Notes under the pieces: model-generated
What the model was told of the DNA's origin: nothing
The model's database searches: none
The model's input: the letters and a program-made list of their open reading frames with translations, nothing else
Position numbers and translations under genes: made by a program
Part shown: positions 13,850 through 26,711 of the stretch, piece by piece
Layout of the letters: every line of letters begins with the position of its first letter
Numbering within the stretch: position 1 is the stretch's first letter
Source: Mobula hypostoma
Lineage: Eukaryota
Direction: 5' to 3'
NCBI RefSeq assembly: GCF_963921235.1
Contig: NC_086108.1
Location: forward strand, 53,818,001-53,882,000
Length of the DNA: 64,000 nucleotides

Positions 13850-14160
13850 TGATTGGAGCATAGGAGAAAGAGGAGTTATTTTATAGAAGTGCAAAAAATC
13901 ATGAGGGGGCAGAGAATTATTTTGCAAGGGTTGGGAATTCTAAAACGAGAAGACATAGGTTTAAGGTGAGGGGAGAGATTTAAAAATGAATCTGAAGTAA
14001 AACTCATTTGCCCAGAGGGTGGTCAGTATGTAGAATGAGTTGCCAATGGAAGGAGTTACACTAATGGCATTTACAAAGGTACTTGAATAAGAATGGTTGA
14101 GAGAATTGGGCTAAACGGGGACCAACGAGACTAGTTTAGATGGGAATCTTAGCATAGCCC
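13850..14160 (+). mobile_element. CR1-type LINE 3' fragment
   Basis: ttggagcataggaga...cataggtttaaggtgagggg...cagagggtggtcagtatgtagaatgagttgcca. Confidence 0.6.
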
Positions 14161-14349
14161 AGTTAATGGGAATGGGCCATTCAGCTCATCTGTGACTATG
14201 ATTATGTGATACATCTGGTAAAATTTCAAGTCTGCAACACTCAGACATATCACATCACACTGAGCAGCTGTTGAGTTATAGCTACGAGTTGTAGTGTCAC
14301 AGAGCAGTACAACCAGAAGAGCCTACTTCGTATTGCTAAATAACTAAAT

Positions 14350-16630
14350 AACACCACAGATACAGGCCCTTTAGCAGAGCGTCATTTCCTCCCAGCTAGT
14401 CCCAATTTTAAACATTTGTCCCAAACCACCACCCCTCCATGTACCTATCCAAGTGCTCCTTAAATGCCTCAACCATTTCCTCTGACAGCTCATTCCATCG
14501 ACTCACCAACTTCTTCATGAACAAGTTGCCTTTCGGGTCTCTTAAATTTTCCCCTGTCGTTCTAAGTCTGTGCTCTTTAGTTCTGATCTTTCCTACCATG
14601 AGAAAAAGACTTGCCACCCAACTCATCTGACTCAGTTTTAAACATTTTTATCACCTCTCATTCTTCTATGTTCCACTCCTCTTAACTCAGGCCCCCTAGT
14701 CCTGGTAACATTCTTAGAACATAGAATAGTACAGCACAGTACAGGCACTTTGGCCCAGAATGTTGTGCCAATCCTTAAATCCTGCCTCCCATATAATCCT
14801 CCCACCTTAAATTCCTCCATATACCTGTTTAGTAGTCTCTTAAATTTCCCTAGTGTATCTGCCTTCACCACTGACTCAGGCAGTGCATTCCACGCACCAA
14901 CCACTCACTGAGTAAAAAACCTTCCTCTAATATCCCCCTTGAACTTCCCACCCCTTACCTTAAAGCCATGTCCTCTTGTATTGAGCAGTGGTGCCCTGGG
15001 GAAGAAGCACTGGCTGTCCACTCTATCTATTCCTCTTAATATCTTGTATACCTCTATCATGTCTCCTCTCATCCTCCTCCTCTCCAAAGAATAAAGCCCT
15101 AGCTCCCTTAATCTCTGATCATAATGCATACTCTGTAAACCAGGCAGCATCCTGGTAAATGTCCTCTGTACCCTTTTCAATGCTTCCACATCCTTCCTAT
15201 AGTGAGGCGACCAGAACTGGACACAGTACTCCAAGTGTGGCCTAACCAGAGTTTTATAGGGCTGCATCATTTCCTCCCGACTCTTAAACTCTTTTCCTCG
15301 ACTTACGAAAGCTAACACCCCATAAGTTTTCTTAACTACCCTATCCACCTGTGAGGCAACTTTCAGGGATCTGTGGACATGCACCCCCAGATCCCTCTGC
15401 TCCTCCACACTACCAAGTATCCTGCCATTTACTTTGTACTCTGCCTTGGAGTTTGTCCTTCCAAAGTGTACTACCTCACACTTCTCCAGGTTGAACTCCA
15501 TCTGCCACTTCTCAGCCCACTTCTGCATCCTAACCTAGACCTAAGTCACTTGTGTATTCACATCCAAATCGCTTATATAATTAACAAATAACAAGGATCT
15601 CAACATTGATCCCTGAATTCTTAAATCTTGTTTGCACACTTTTTTATTTTAACCATATCCTTCCTATAACAGGATGAACAACACTGTATACAGAACTTCC
15701 AAGTGCAACCTCACAATGAGGAAATGCCTTCTTCTCATTACTCCCATCAGAGGTACAGGAGTCTGAAGATGCACATTCAGTATGTAGGGGACAATTTATT
15801 CATGATCAAATTTCTGAACAGTCTATGAACAGTAAATCACAGTTTTGGCTCTCTTTTTGCACTATTTTGTTTTCTTATGGTAGCATGTGACATTTGTTTT
15901 GTACTATCTGCTGCCATAAAACAACAAATTTCGCAATGTAGGTCAGTGACAATGAACCTGATTCTGACATAAAAGCACAACTCCTATACTCCTTTTACAC
16001 CACCGTGTATCTGTGATGCCTCTTGCAGCAAACTATGCACTCGACACCTCGGTCGCTTGTGTATTCACATCCAAATCACTTCTATAATTAACAAATAACA
16101 AGGGTCTCAACATTGATCCCTGAAGCGCACCACTAGTCAAGAAACAACCTTGGCCACTATCGCCTACTTCACACACTGGGCCAATTCTGAATCTGCCAAA
16201 CTATCTCTCCCTAAATTCTGTAGGGACTGACCTTCCAGAACAACCTACTTTGTGGAATTTTGTCAAAGGCCTAGTTAAAGTTCAGTAGTCAACATCCACT
16301 GCCCTACACTCACCTACCATTTTGGTCACCTCTTCAAAAATAAACTAAAAGTTTCATCGAGCACAACTTCCAACATACAAAGCCATGCTGACTCCCACTA
16401 ATCAGACTGTCTATCCAAATAATACTAGAACCTGGCTCTCAGATGCCCCTACCCTGACTTACTGATGTCAGGCTGACTGACCTCTAGTTCTTTCATTTGT
16501 TGGAACAACATTAGCCGCCTTCCAGTCTTTGCAGCTTCTCCAGTGGTTTACAATGAAGAAAGTATCTTCACTTGGGCCTCTGCAATCTCCTTTCTAAACT
16601 CCCACAAAGTCCAAGGTCGCACTATGTCAG
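14350..16630 (-). mobile_element. old CR1-type LINE (RT to 3' end) hosting nested insertions
   Basis: Minus-strand remnants include SRWNELSEEMVEAFKEHLDRYM and a DFXKAFDK-like segment (tgtcaaaggcctagttaaag). Confidence 0.65.
14717..15530 (-). mobile_element. young 5'-truncated CR1 LINE
   Basis: Open 207-aa ORF: WAEKWQMEFNLEKCEVVHFG...LVRPHLEYCVQFWSPHY...LERRRMRGDMIEVYKI...TRGHGFK. It has a (ttctatg)n tail and a probable TSD attctta at 14710-14716 and 15617-15623. Confidence 0.9.
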
Positions 16631-16639
16631 GCCCTGGAG

Positions 16640-17795
16640 ATGTATCCATCTTCCGGAGGACTGGAAAATTGCAACTGTCACTCCACACTTGAAGGGAAGG
16701 AGGCAGAAGGAAGGAAATCTTAGGCTAGTTAACCTGACTTTAGTGGTTGAGAAAATGTAAGAGTCACTTGTTGAGGATGAGGCTTTTGGGGTACTTGGAA
16801 GCACATGATGAAATAGGTTAGAATTAGGACAGTTTCCTCAAGAGGAAATCTTGCCTGACAAATCTGATGGAATTCTTTGAAGAAAGAACAGGCAGGATAG
16901 ACAAAGGAGAGTCTGTGGATGTTGTTTATTTGGGTTTTCAGAACACTTTTGAAAAGGTGCCACACGTGAGGCTGATTAACAAGATAAGAGCAAGGGTATT
17001 ACAGGAAAGATACTAGCATGGATAGAAGATTGGCTGACTGGTAGGAGGTCAAGAGTCGGAATAAAGGGAGCCTTTTTATTTTGGCTGCCAGCGACTAATG
17101 GTGGGTCATGAGTCAGTGTTAGGACCACTTCTTTTCATGTTATATGTTAATAATTTGGATGAAGGAATTGATGGTTTTGTGGCCAAGTTTGCAGGCAATA
17201 CAAAGACAGATGGAGGGACAGGTAGTGTTGAGGAAACAGTGTCTGCGGAAGGACTTAAATTTGGGGAATGGGCAAAGAAGTGGCAGATGGAATATAGTGT
17301 ACGCAAGTGCATGGTCATGCACTTTGGTAAAAGGAATAAAGATGTGGATTATTTTCTAAATTGAGAGAAAATTTAAAACTCAGGGGTACAAAGGAAAGGG
17401 ACTTAAGAATCCCTGTGCAGGTTTCCCTAAAGATTAACTTGTGGGTTGGGTTGGTGGTAAGGAAGGCAAATGCAATGTTATCATTCATTTCAAGAGAATG
17501 AGAATACAATGCAAGGATGTAATGTTGAGGCATTATAAGGCATTGGTCAGGCTGTATTTGGAGCATCGTGAGCAGTTTTTGGCTCCTTATCTAAAAAAAA
17601 TATGTGCTGCCATTGGACAGGTCCAGAGAGGTTCACAAGAATGATCCCAGGAATGAAAAGGTCAACATGTGGATAAGTCTAGGAGCAGTGGATACAGCCA
17701 ATAGAGGGAAGTCCACTTAGATCAGAGATGAGAATGAATTTCTTTAGCCAGAGGGTGGTGAATCTGTGGAATTATTTGCCATGGATGGCTGTGGA
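16640..17795 (+). mobile_element. decayed CR1 LINE RT region
   Basis: PEDWKIATVTP, RLVNLT, SVLGPLLFMLYVNNLDEGIDGFVAKFAGNTK and YKALVRLYLE are spread across broken frames. Confidence 0.85.
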
Positions 17796-17809
17796 TATTA
17801 AACCTGATT

Positions 17810-18045
17810 CTGATCTATTGTCTGTAGGAATATGTACATTCTCACCACTCTCTCCATGGTGCTCCAGTTTCCTCCTACATTCCAAAGACATATGGTTAGG
17901 GTTAGTGAGTTGTGGGCATGTCATGTCAGCACTAGAAGCATGGCAAAACTTGTAAGCTGCCTGGCAGAATCCTTGCTGATTTGATTCAACACAAGCAACA
18001 TGTTTCATTGTATGTTTGTATGTATATGTGATAAATAAAGCTGAT
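17810..18045 (+). mobile_element. SINE (same family as 42150-42330, minus strand)
   Basis: gctccagtttcctcctacattccaaagac...tgtgggcatg...tttcattgtatgtttgtatgtatatgtgataaataaag. Confidence 0.55.
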
Positions 18046-19269
18046 TGCTTTCTTCTTCAACCAGCAGACTAAAACATTACCTATCAATACCTCCTCACCA
18101 AAGCCTCAACTCACAAATTCTGCTCTGCTTAACCTTATCTTCATTTTATTGGATGAAGTGCTCCTCCCACTCATTTAGCCAATCAATGAGACTTGCCTTA
18201 TTAAAGATATTCGTACCAAATCCTTCCCCCATTCCTACACTGGCTGATGCTCACAATGGCCACTCTGCTTGAGCCAATCTTCCTTTCACTGGCTGTTAAT
18301 TAGTTAATAGCCTATTAACAAACAATGAGCTAATTACCACTTTTAAATTCTCCCACTCTTGGTTCAGGTCCTGACTTGTAAAGTTGAAAGGAAATCCCTC
18401 ACCTAAGTTTATTTTGACTCGGGGAAGCCCCAGTTACACAGGACATGGCTCCTAAACTGTGGTTCCTTAACTGAGATATTAAGCTATTATCTGAGGTATA
18501 CCAGGCGCAATCTGTCTCCTGCACAGAGTGCTTGTTATTGTAATGGCACTTTGGAACATACTTGTAGTTGTACTGAGGCTTTGTTGGGGTGGTGGGGTCT
18601 CTCAAAGGTCTGGACCCTGATATCAGTATGCTAATAAATTGGGCAGCAATGTATAAGTTTTAAGACCTGTAAGCTTAGAGTTTCAAAGCGTGTTGGGTTC
18701 TGAAAACAATGGTTGTAAACATATTTGGCCTGAACAGATGTGGGCTAATAGTCAGCAAGGGCTAGTACTTACTCTCTTTAAGAATTTCTAGGTGAATTCT
18801 TTTTGCTTGTTGGATCCTTTAGTTGGTGCTAGTTTATTCTTTGGAAAATTGTTACCATATTAACACTTGATAACGTGATTTCCAAGAGAGAAATACAGGT
18901 TGATGGATTTTCTATAAACTAGACATTTAAAAAAAAATCAGGATGTTTGAGCTTTTGTTTATAAAGCACATAGGTGACTATTTTATTAGATCTCTCCATA
19001 TCAATATTCATTTATTTGCCCTTTACACTTGGGGTGTTTCTTCTACTTGTATGTTTAAATGGAGTGGTTTTCTTTGTTAGATAATTGTACCATAGTGAAA
19101 GTAAACCATGTTTTCCATTTAACACAATTCTTGAAATTAGTCTACAATATGTAATTAAATGTTGTCAGATTCCGCTCTGTTGAATCTGATACAACAGAAT
19201 TGCATTGCACTTACCAATGGAGAGGATCATTTACTAACGTTTTATTGCCCTGTTGACAACCTGCATTTA

Positions 19270-20888
19270 CGGTGGCATACAAATGTTTGGGCATCCCTGG
19301 TCAAAATTTCTGTTACTGTGAGTAGTTAAGTGAGTAGAAGATGAACTGATCTCCAAAAGTCATAAAATTAAAGATGAATCAACCTTTTCAACATTTTAAG
19401 CAAGATTACTGTATTATTTTTGTTTTGTACAATTTTAGAGTGAAAAAAAGAAAGGAGCACCATGCAAGAGTTCGGACACCCCAAGAGACTTGAGCTCTCA
19501 GACAACTTTTACCAAGGTCTCAGACTTTAATTAGCTTGTTAGAGCTATGGCTTGTTCACAGTCATCGTTTGGAAAGGCCAAGTGATGCAAATTTCAAAGC
19601 TTTATGAATACCCTGACTCCTCAAACCTTGTCCCAACAATCAGCAGCCATGGGCTCCTCTAAGCAGCGGCCAAGCACTCTGAAAATTAAAATAAATGATG
19701 CCCACAAAGCAGGAGAAGGCTATAAGAAGATAACAAAGTGTTTTCAGGTAGCCGTTTCCTCAGTTCGTAATGTAATTAAGAAATGACAGTTAACAGGAAC
19801 GGTGGAGGTCAAGTTGAGGTCTGGAAGACCAAAAAACCTTTCCAAGAGAACTGCTTGTAGTTTTGCTAGAAAGGCAAATCAAAACCCCTGTTTGACTGCA
19901 AAAGACCTTCAGGAAGATTTAGCAGACTCTGGAGTGGTGGCGCACTGTTCTACTGTGCAGCAACACTTGCACAAATATGACCTTCATGGAAAAGTCATTA
20001 GAAGAAAACCTTTCCTGTATCCTCACCACAAAATTCAATGTCAGAAGTTTGCAAAGGAATATCTAAGCAAGCCTGGTGCATTTTGGAAACAAGTCCTGTG
20101 GACTGATGAAGTTAAAATAGAACTTTCTGGCCGCAATGAGCAAAGGTATGTTTGGAGAAAAAAGGGTGCAGAATTTCATGAAAAGAACACCTCTCCAACT
20201 GTTAAGCACGGGGGTGGATCAATCATGCTTTGGGCTTGTGTTGCAGCCAGTGGCACGGGGAACATTTCACTGGTAGAGGGAAGAATGAATTCAATTAAAT
20301 ACCAGCAAATTCTGGAAGCAAACATCATACTGTCTGTAAAAAAAAAAGCTGAAGATGAAAATATGGCTTCTACAACAGGATAATGATCCTAAACGCACCC
20401 CAAAATCCACAATGGACTACCTCAAGAGGCACAAGCTGAAGGTTTTGCCATGACCCTCACAGTCCCCCAACCTAAACATCATCGAAAATCTGTGGATAAA
20501 CTTCAAAAGAGCAGTGCATGCAAGATGCCCCAAGAATCTCCCAGAACTGGAAGCCTTTTGCAAGGAAGAATGGGCGAAAATCCCCCAAACAAGAATTGAA
20601 AGACTCTTCGCTGGCTACAAAAAGTGTTTACAAGCTGTGTTACTTGCCAAAGGGGGTGTTACTAAGTACTGACCATGCAGAGTGGCCAAACTTTTGCTTT
20701 GAGACCTTCTCCTTTTTTGTTATTTTGAAACTGTAAAAGATGGAAATAAAAAAGTAATCTTAAAATATTAAAGGAATGTGTCATCTTTAACTTTATGCCT
20801 TTTGGAAATCAGGTCATCTTTTACTCGCTTAGCTATTCACAGTAACAGAAATTTTGGCCAGGGGTGCCCAAACTTTTGCATGCCATTG
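19270..20888 (+). mobile_element. full-length Tc1 (DD34E) DNA transposon with IR/DR ends; transposase pseudogene 19649-20672
   Basis: TA flanks both ends (19268-69, 20889-90). The roughly 220-bp imperfect inverted repeats start cggtggcatacaaatgtttgggca and end tgcccaaacttttgcatgccattg, with inner direct repeats. The protein runs MGSSKQ...GRP...WTDE...QQDNDPK-(34)-E...GGVTKY*, with TGA stops at 19784 and 20451 and a frameshift in the A-run at 20338-20347. Confidence 0.95.
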
Positions 20889-20934
20889 TACATCATCAAC
20901 AGAACTGAATGGGCAGAGGTGACTTGTAATCAAA

Positions 20935-21815
20935 AGGAGGAGGAGGAGAAGATGGCGATGCGACGCAGTGCGCGCGGCCACTCCGGTGATGTCTGTTATC
21001 TGTCAAGTAGGATGCTGTGCACAATTCTGATTTGATGGAGACAGACGTGAGAGAGCACGGAGGAACATCTGGAGAAACTTCTGAAATGCCCGCTTCGCTG
21101 CCGCTGCTACTGTGTGGACTGGAATCTCCGGAGCAGAAGGGTCCGAATCCTCGGCTTTGCTTGTTTCGGTAACTGGGGCAGGGTCGAAGGCGCTTGGCAG
21201 AGGATGGCGCTCGGGAGGCTGTATCGGACGGCTGGTCGGAGGCTCAAAGTTTTCAGACGGACTCAGAGTCGGCTATAGTTGGGTGCTTCCAATGCATCGG
21301 CAGTTGTTGGTGCCTGGAGGTTTATGGCAGGGAGAGTTTCTCCCTTTTGCCGCCTGCTATCTGAGACTATCGGGAGTTGATCAGGACTTTGAGATTTTTT
21401 TTTACCGTGCCCATGGTCTGCTCTTTATCAAATTATGGTATTGCTTTGCACTGTTGTAACTATATGTTATAATTATGTGGTTTTGTCAGTGTTAGTCTTT
21501 GGTTAACCAACACACATCAAAGTTGCTGGTGAACGCAGCATCTCTAAGAAGAGGTACAGTCGACGTTTCAGCCTGAAACGTCGACTGTACCTCTTCCGAG
21601 AGATGCTGCCTGGCCTGCTGCATTCACCAGCAACTTTGATGTGTGTTGCTTGAATTTCCAGCATCTGCAGAATTCCTAGCATCTGCAGAATTCCTGTGTT
21701 AGTCTTTGGTTTGTCCTTTTTTTGTGATATCACTCTGGAGGAACATTGTATCATTTCTTAATGCATGCATTTCTAAATGACAATAAACGAGGACTGAGTG
21801 TTCTCATAATCTATA
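20935..21815 (+). mobile_element. CpG-rich non-coding retroposon, probably a non-autonomous LINE derivative (5'UTR joined to 3'UTR)
   Basis: It starts with gaagatggcg, keeps many CpGs and has no RT-like ORF. It ends aaatgacaataaa...taatct, like the LINE tail at 36938-36970. Confidence 0.55.
21505..21695. mobile_element. palindromic Penelope-like pLTR insertion with 16-bp TSD
   Basis: Near-perfect hairpin centred on gtacagtcgacgtttcag-c-ctgaaacgtcgactgtac. The TSD gtgttagtctttggtt lies at 21489-21504 and 21696-21711, and there is an 18-bp tandem duplication agcatctgcagaattcct. Confidence 0.85.
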
Positions 21816-24149
21816 ATTTAAAAAAAATTTTCTCGTGCTGCAGGCAGTTCAGAGCAGCCTAATAAAACAAATTTTGCATTTATCTTTCTCCATTCTGTAC
21901 ATTCTGTTGGTTACTGTATAATGTCTAAATGGATTTTTTTCTGTTGTCTCTTAGGTTCTCTGTGTCACTAATTTATTTCTTTGTTCTCAGTATCATTACC
22001 TGCATGAATAGCCTTCTGTGTTGGATGATTTACATAGGAGTAGGACACCTTTACCTCAGGCATCAGAAACGGTCCCGTATAATACACAATTGCCAAAGGG
22101 AATACCCAATCTAACCCCCCCCTCACAAAGATTTGGTAACACGCTGTGATACTGGTTGAGAACCAACTGCAAAGTTCCCAGTTTGATACCTACTATGTAG
22201 AAAGTTAAACTTATCTCAGATGAAATAACAACGTACAGTATTTAGACTTGGCATATCAAGGAAAAATCAAGTGAGATTCCTTCTTGATTGTCATCCAGTA
22301 ATCCTTACTGAAATTGTGCACATGTGGAAGTGAGGCAAGGATAGGGGAGTGAGTATTTAACTGCAGTATTCCTATGTTTGCACAGCTTGTTGTGGATTAT
22401 GTCAGGATTGGTTGAGATGCTGGTAATCTTGGCATTCTGTGTGGAACCATGCACCCTGTGTGTGGTGGCAGAAAAATGTACTGATCCATCCAACGCTCAG
22501 TAATCCTTAAAGAGAACTCATCAAGTCACATTCCAAATCACACAATCTTAAACACAAGGCAAACAAAAAAGAATGAAAAATATTATTTCTGAAAATTACA
22601 TCGTAATTCATTTCCCTCTGAAAATAACATGAATTTCGGATGATGCATTCACTTTGTCTAATGTTAATAAACGCAGACATAATAATTTTGACTTTGTTTC
22701 TCTGCCAGCCATGTACACTTTGAGAGGGAAACAGCAGAATCAATATAGTACATTGAATTAAATTTATGAATTTAACACTTGGGTTCCCCTTAGTCTGATT
22801 CTTGGGTTTGCCTTGCTTTTGGCAGCCAGAGTATCCTCCTGTACCCACGGGGCCCTCATTAATAAATGCAAGTCAGCTTAAATGACAGAGTTATTACTCG
22901 ACTACTATTTTGGTCACTGCCCATAGTGCTCTTCGTATCCTGTTCTCAACCTCAACCATTGCAACAGATTGTGACATGGTCATTTCCAATTATATTTAAA
23001 AGCATTAGCAACTTGCTCTCAGGCAAACCACCCAATGTTTGCTTTTTCACTAATTAGGCAATTTCTAAGTGTTTGCAGTTGCAGTGAAAGTTCTGAACTC
23101 TTCAAAATCTTCTGGCATCATACTTGTTTCTTGTAAGAGTGCCGCTTAAAAGGAGGGGTAATCAAAACAAAGTGCATCTAGCTAGAAGAACAAACAGGGA
23201 CTCAATAAGCAGAGAGTGTGCAGCTGGAGATTTTTCTTGGGAACCAGTGAAGCTTGCACAGTGCAGCACATGAAAAGACCCTTCAACCCCTGATTTATGT
23301 GCTGAACGTGATGCCAAATTAAACTAGGTCTCTTCTGCCTTCACGTAATTGATATTCCCGCCCCACCATCCACTCCCTGCATATTTTTGTACCTATCTAA
23401 AAGACTCTTATACATGACTATTCTATCTGATTCCACCATTACCCCTGGTAGTCCAGTCCAAGCATCCTCCTTATCTCTGCATTAAAAAAACACAGAAAAT
23501 CCTCGGCAGATCAAGCAGCAAATTTGAAAAACAAAACAGAGTTAACATTGCAGGTCTGAAATCCATTGTTGGAATGGAGACAAAGAGAGAAAACAAGTTG
23601 ATATTCTATTGAGGGATGGTGGGTGTGAGTGGAGTATGTATCTTTCTGAAATTCCCTCTAGCTTGGCCGTTTCTCTCCCATTCTCCCTGCAACATAGAAC
23701 AAACTTGGTTCTTCACTTACCAAGTTCTGACAAAGCATCTTTGGCCGGAAATGTTAACTCTACAAGGTGAAAATCCACCCTGGTGTTTTGGGCATAGGGG
23801 CTAATCTGAGTGACTCCAACAATTATTTTCTCTTCTGTCGAACTCAACAGTAATAATTGCTGAAGAAGGTAATTTTCTGAAAATCCATCATCACTCAGTT
23901 TTGCACTTCAGCAGACAGTGATAGCAGAGTAATCTCATCAGTTTGACTTGGTGAGCCACTATCATTGGATTCAATCTGATTTGAGAATAAAATTGGCTAT
24001 TTATCATGTTACAGTATTTCTCTGTACTCCAATTAAATGCAAACTCAAGCAGGCAATCCAATAAGCTGCAAATCCCAGGGCAATTTGTAAGTGTAACAGA
24101 TTTTTTTCTCTAATGCTGCTTTGTAATTTCACTGGATTGATTGATTTAT

Positions 24150-24430
24150 TTAATTCATTTAGTGATGCAGCATGGAGTCGGCCCTTTGACCTTCTGAGCC
24201 ATGCCACTCTAGCAATCCCACAACCCCAATTAACCCTAACCCTAACAGGACAATTTACAATGACCAGTTGACCTCCCTGTATGTTTTTGAACTATGGAAG
24301 GAAATCGGAGCACCCGGAGAAAATCCACACATTCCATGGGGAGGATGTACAGCGGAATTGAACTCCAAACTCCGGAATGCCCCGAATGGTAATAGTGTTG
24401 TGCTAACCGCTACACTACTGTGGCACCCAA
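24150..24430 (-). mobile_element. SINE
   Basis: Reverse complement of the SINE body (gtagcggttagcacaac...gggtgctccgatttccttcca...ggtcattgtaaattgtcc). Confidence 0.6.
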
Positions 24431-24434
24431 TGGT

Positions 24435-24742
24435 GAATGGAAGCATCCTTGGAAAAGAGTAAACAGTCGGATGTTTTGGGCCAGGACCCTTCATAACGAC
24501 TTGGAAGATCTGAAACATTGACTGTTTACTCTTTTCCATAGAAGCTCCCTGGCCGGTTGAGTTCCTCCAGCATTTTGTATGCGTGTTACATTGGATTTCC
24601 AGCATCTGCAGATTTCCACAAACAAGAGAAAATCTGCAGATGCTGGAAATCTAAGCAACGCACACATAATGCTGAAGGAAGTCAGCAGGCTAGACAGCAT
24701 CTATGGAAAAGAGTATAGTCGATGTTTCAGGCCAAAACCCTT
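24435..24742. mobile_element. two Penelope-like pLTR fragments joined tail to tail
   Basis: ...gatttccagcatctgcagattt / aaatctgcagatgctggaaatc... form an inverted pair. The left unit has its own internal hairpin around gacccttcat. Confidence 0.7.
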
Positions 24743-25729
24743 GTTTTACAAAGCATTTCTGTTTTTCCTGTTCACCCTGGCTAATTAATATGAGAATTGG
24801 TCTTTCTAGAAATGAGCTGTGGATTGAAATTTGGTCTGGATAGGAACATAATCCCCAAATAGTGATGAGTACCTTCATTAATTAAAGTGTAATATCACAT
24901 TGGTGTATATTTACAAACCTTTGGACATTAGTCTTGGTCAAGACCTTCTCATCACCGAAATGGGGAATGTAAAGATAGGAATAAAGAATGTCAAAATTGC
25001 TCTTCAAATATATTATGGATATTTTAATTTTTCTTCATTTAAGCTATCTTCTATTCATCAAGTGAAACCTCATGTTTAGCTTTCACTAGGTTCCACAGCA
25101 ACCAGTTGCTGGCAGTAAGTGGTGTCTCCTGAGACCACTGATCTCCTTAGAGATTGTAGTTCAGCTGGAAATGGTACCATATTTCCTCTTTTCAAAGTGC
25201 TGTGCTATTAATTTCTGAATGAGTTGAGAACAATGGTCTAACTCTCAAATCCTGATCCACACCTCAGCAGCAGCCAAGTAGTTCATGAGACCAGCATGAG
25301 TAAATATGCTTTCAAGCCTCTCTCCTTTAATCTCTTGTTTAAAAAATAATCTCTGCTTGCCCAGCTGATAGCCCAGTTAAGACTATGGGCTTCATTTAGC
25401 TTCTGGAAGTCAGTGCAAGTGGCCTGGTCATGTAACTGAAGCAGGAAAAAAAGAAGCCGGTTTTGTAAACAGATTTTCTCAACTAAATCCGGCAGAAATT
25501 CAGTCAGAGTCAGTTGCTTTGGTGTTAGTTTCACCATAGAGAACACAACAAAAGCAATATCATTTGTATTGTATGATGTTTTTAAATATTAAAGATTTTC
25601 TGGTGCAAATAGAAGCATTGACAGATAAAATGGAATTCTTGTTTTCAGATCCAAAAGGAAATTAAAAAAATGTAAAACTTTGTGTGCTCAGCCACTTCAG
25701 GCTCTTGTGATTATTTCCAACACATTTTT

Positions 25730-26711
25730 CCAACTCTGGCAGACCACAGTACATGTGCTTGCAACACTGTGTGTCCGACAGAGTGATCAGCAGCACTGGG
25801 GCTCCACAGGGGACTGTCTTGTCTCCCTTTCTCTTCACCTTGGACTTCAACTACTGTACAGAGTCTTGTCATCTTCAGAAGTTTTCTGATGACTGCCATA
25901 GTTGGATGCATCAGCAAGGGAGATGAGGCTGAGTACAGGGCTACGGTAGGAAACTTTGTCACATGGTGTGAGCAGAATTATCTGCAGTTTAATGTGAAAA
26001 AGACTAAGGAGCTTGTCGTAGACCTGAGGAGGGCTAAGGTACCGGCGCCCCCTGTTTCCATCCGGGGGGGTCAGTGTGGACATGGTGGAGGATTACAAAT
26101 ACCTGGGGATACGAATTGACAATAAACTGGACTGTCAAAGAACACTAAGGCTGTCTACAAGAAGGGTCAGAGCCATCTCTATTTCCTGAGGAGACTGAGG
26201 TCCTTTAACATCTGCCGGACGATGCCGAGGAAGTGCTATCATGTTTGCTGTTGTGTGCTGGGGCAGCAGGCTGAGGGTAGCAGACAACAACAGAATCAAC
26301 AAACTCATTCGTAAGGCCAGTGATGTTGTGGGGATGGAACTGGACTCTCTGACAGTGGTGTCTGAAAAGAGGATGCTGTCCAAGTTGCATGCCATCTTGG
26401 ACAATGTCTCCCATCCACTACATAATGTACTGGTTGTGCACAGGAGTACATTCAGCCAGAGACTCATTCCACCGAGATGCAACACAGAGCGTCATAGGAA
26501 GTCATTCCTGCCTGTGGCCATCAAACTTTACAACTCCTCCCTTGGAGGGTCAGACACCCTGAGCCAATAGGCTGGTCCTGGACTTATTTCCTGGCATAAT
26601 CTACATATTACTATTTAACTATTATGGTTTTATTATTACTATTTAATTATTTATGGTGCAACTGTAATGAAAACCAATTTCCCCCGGATCAATAAAGTGT
26701 GACTATGACTA
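25730..26711 (+). mobile_element. 5'-truncated Rex1/Babar LINE
   Basis: STGAPQGTVLSPFLF, TAIVGCISKGDEAEYR..WCEQNYLQFNVKKTKELVVD and RCNTERHRKSFLPVAIKLYN are present, with an aataaa plus (gactat)n tail. Confidence 0.9.
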
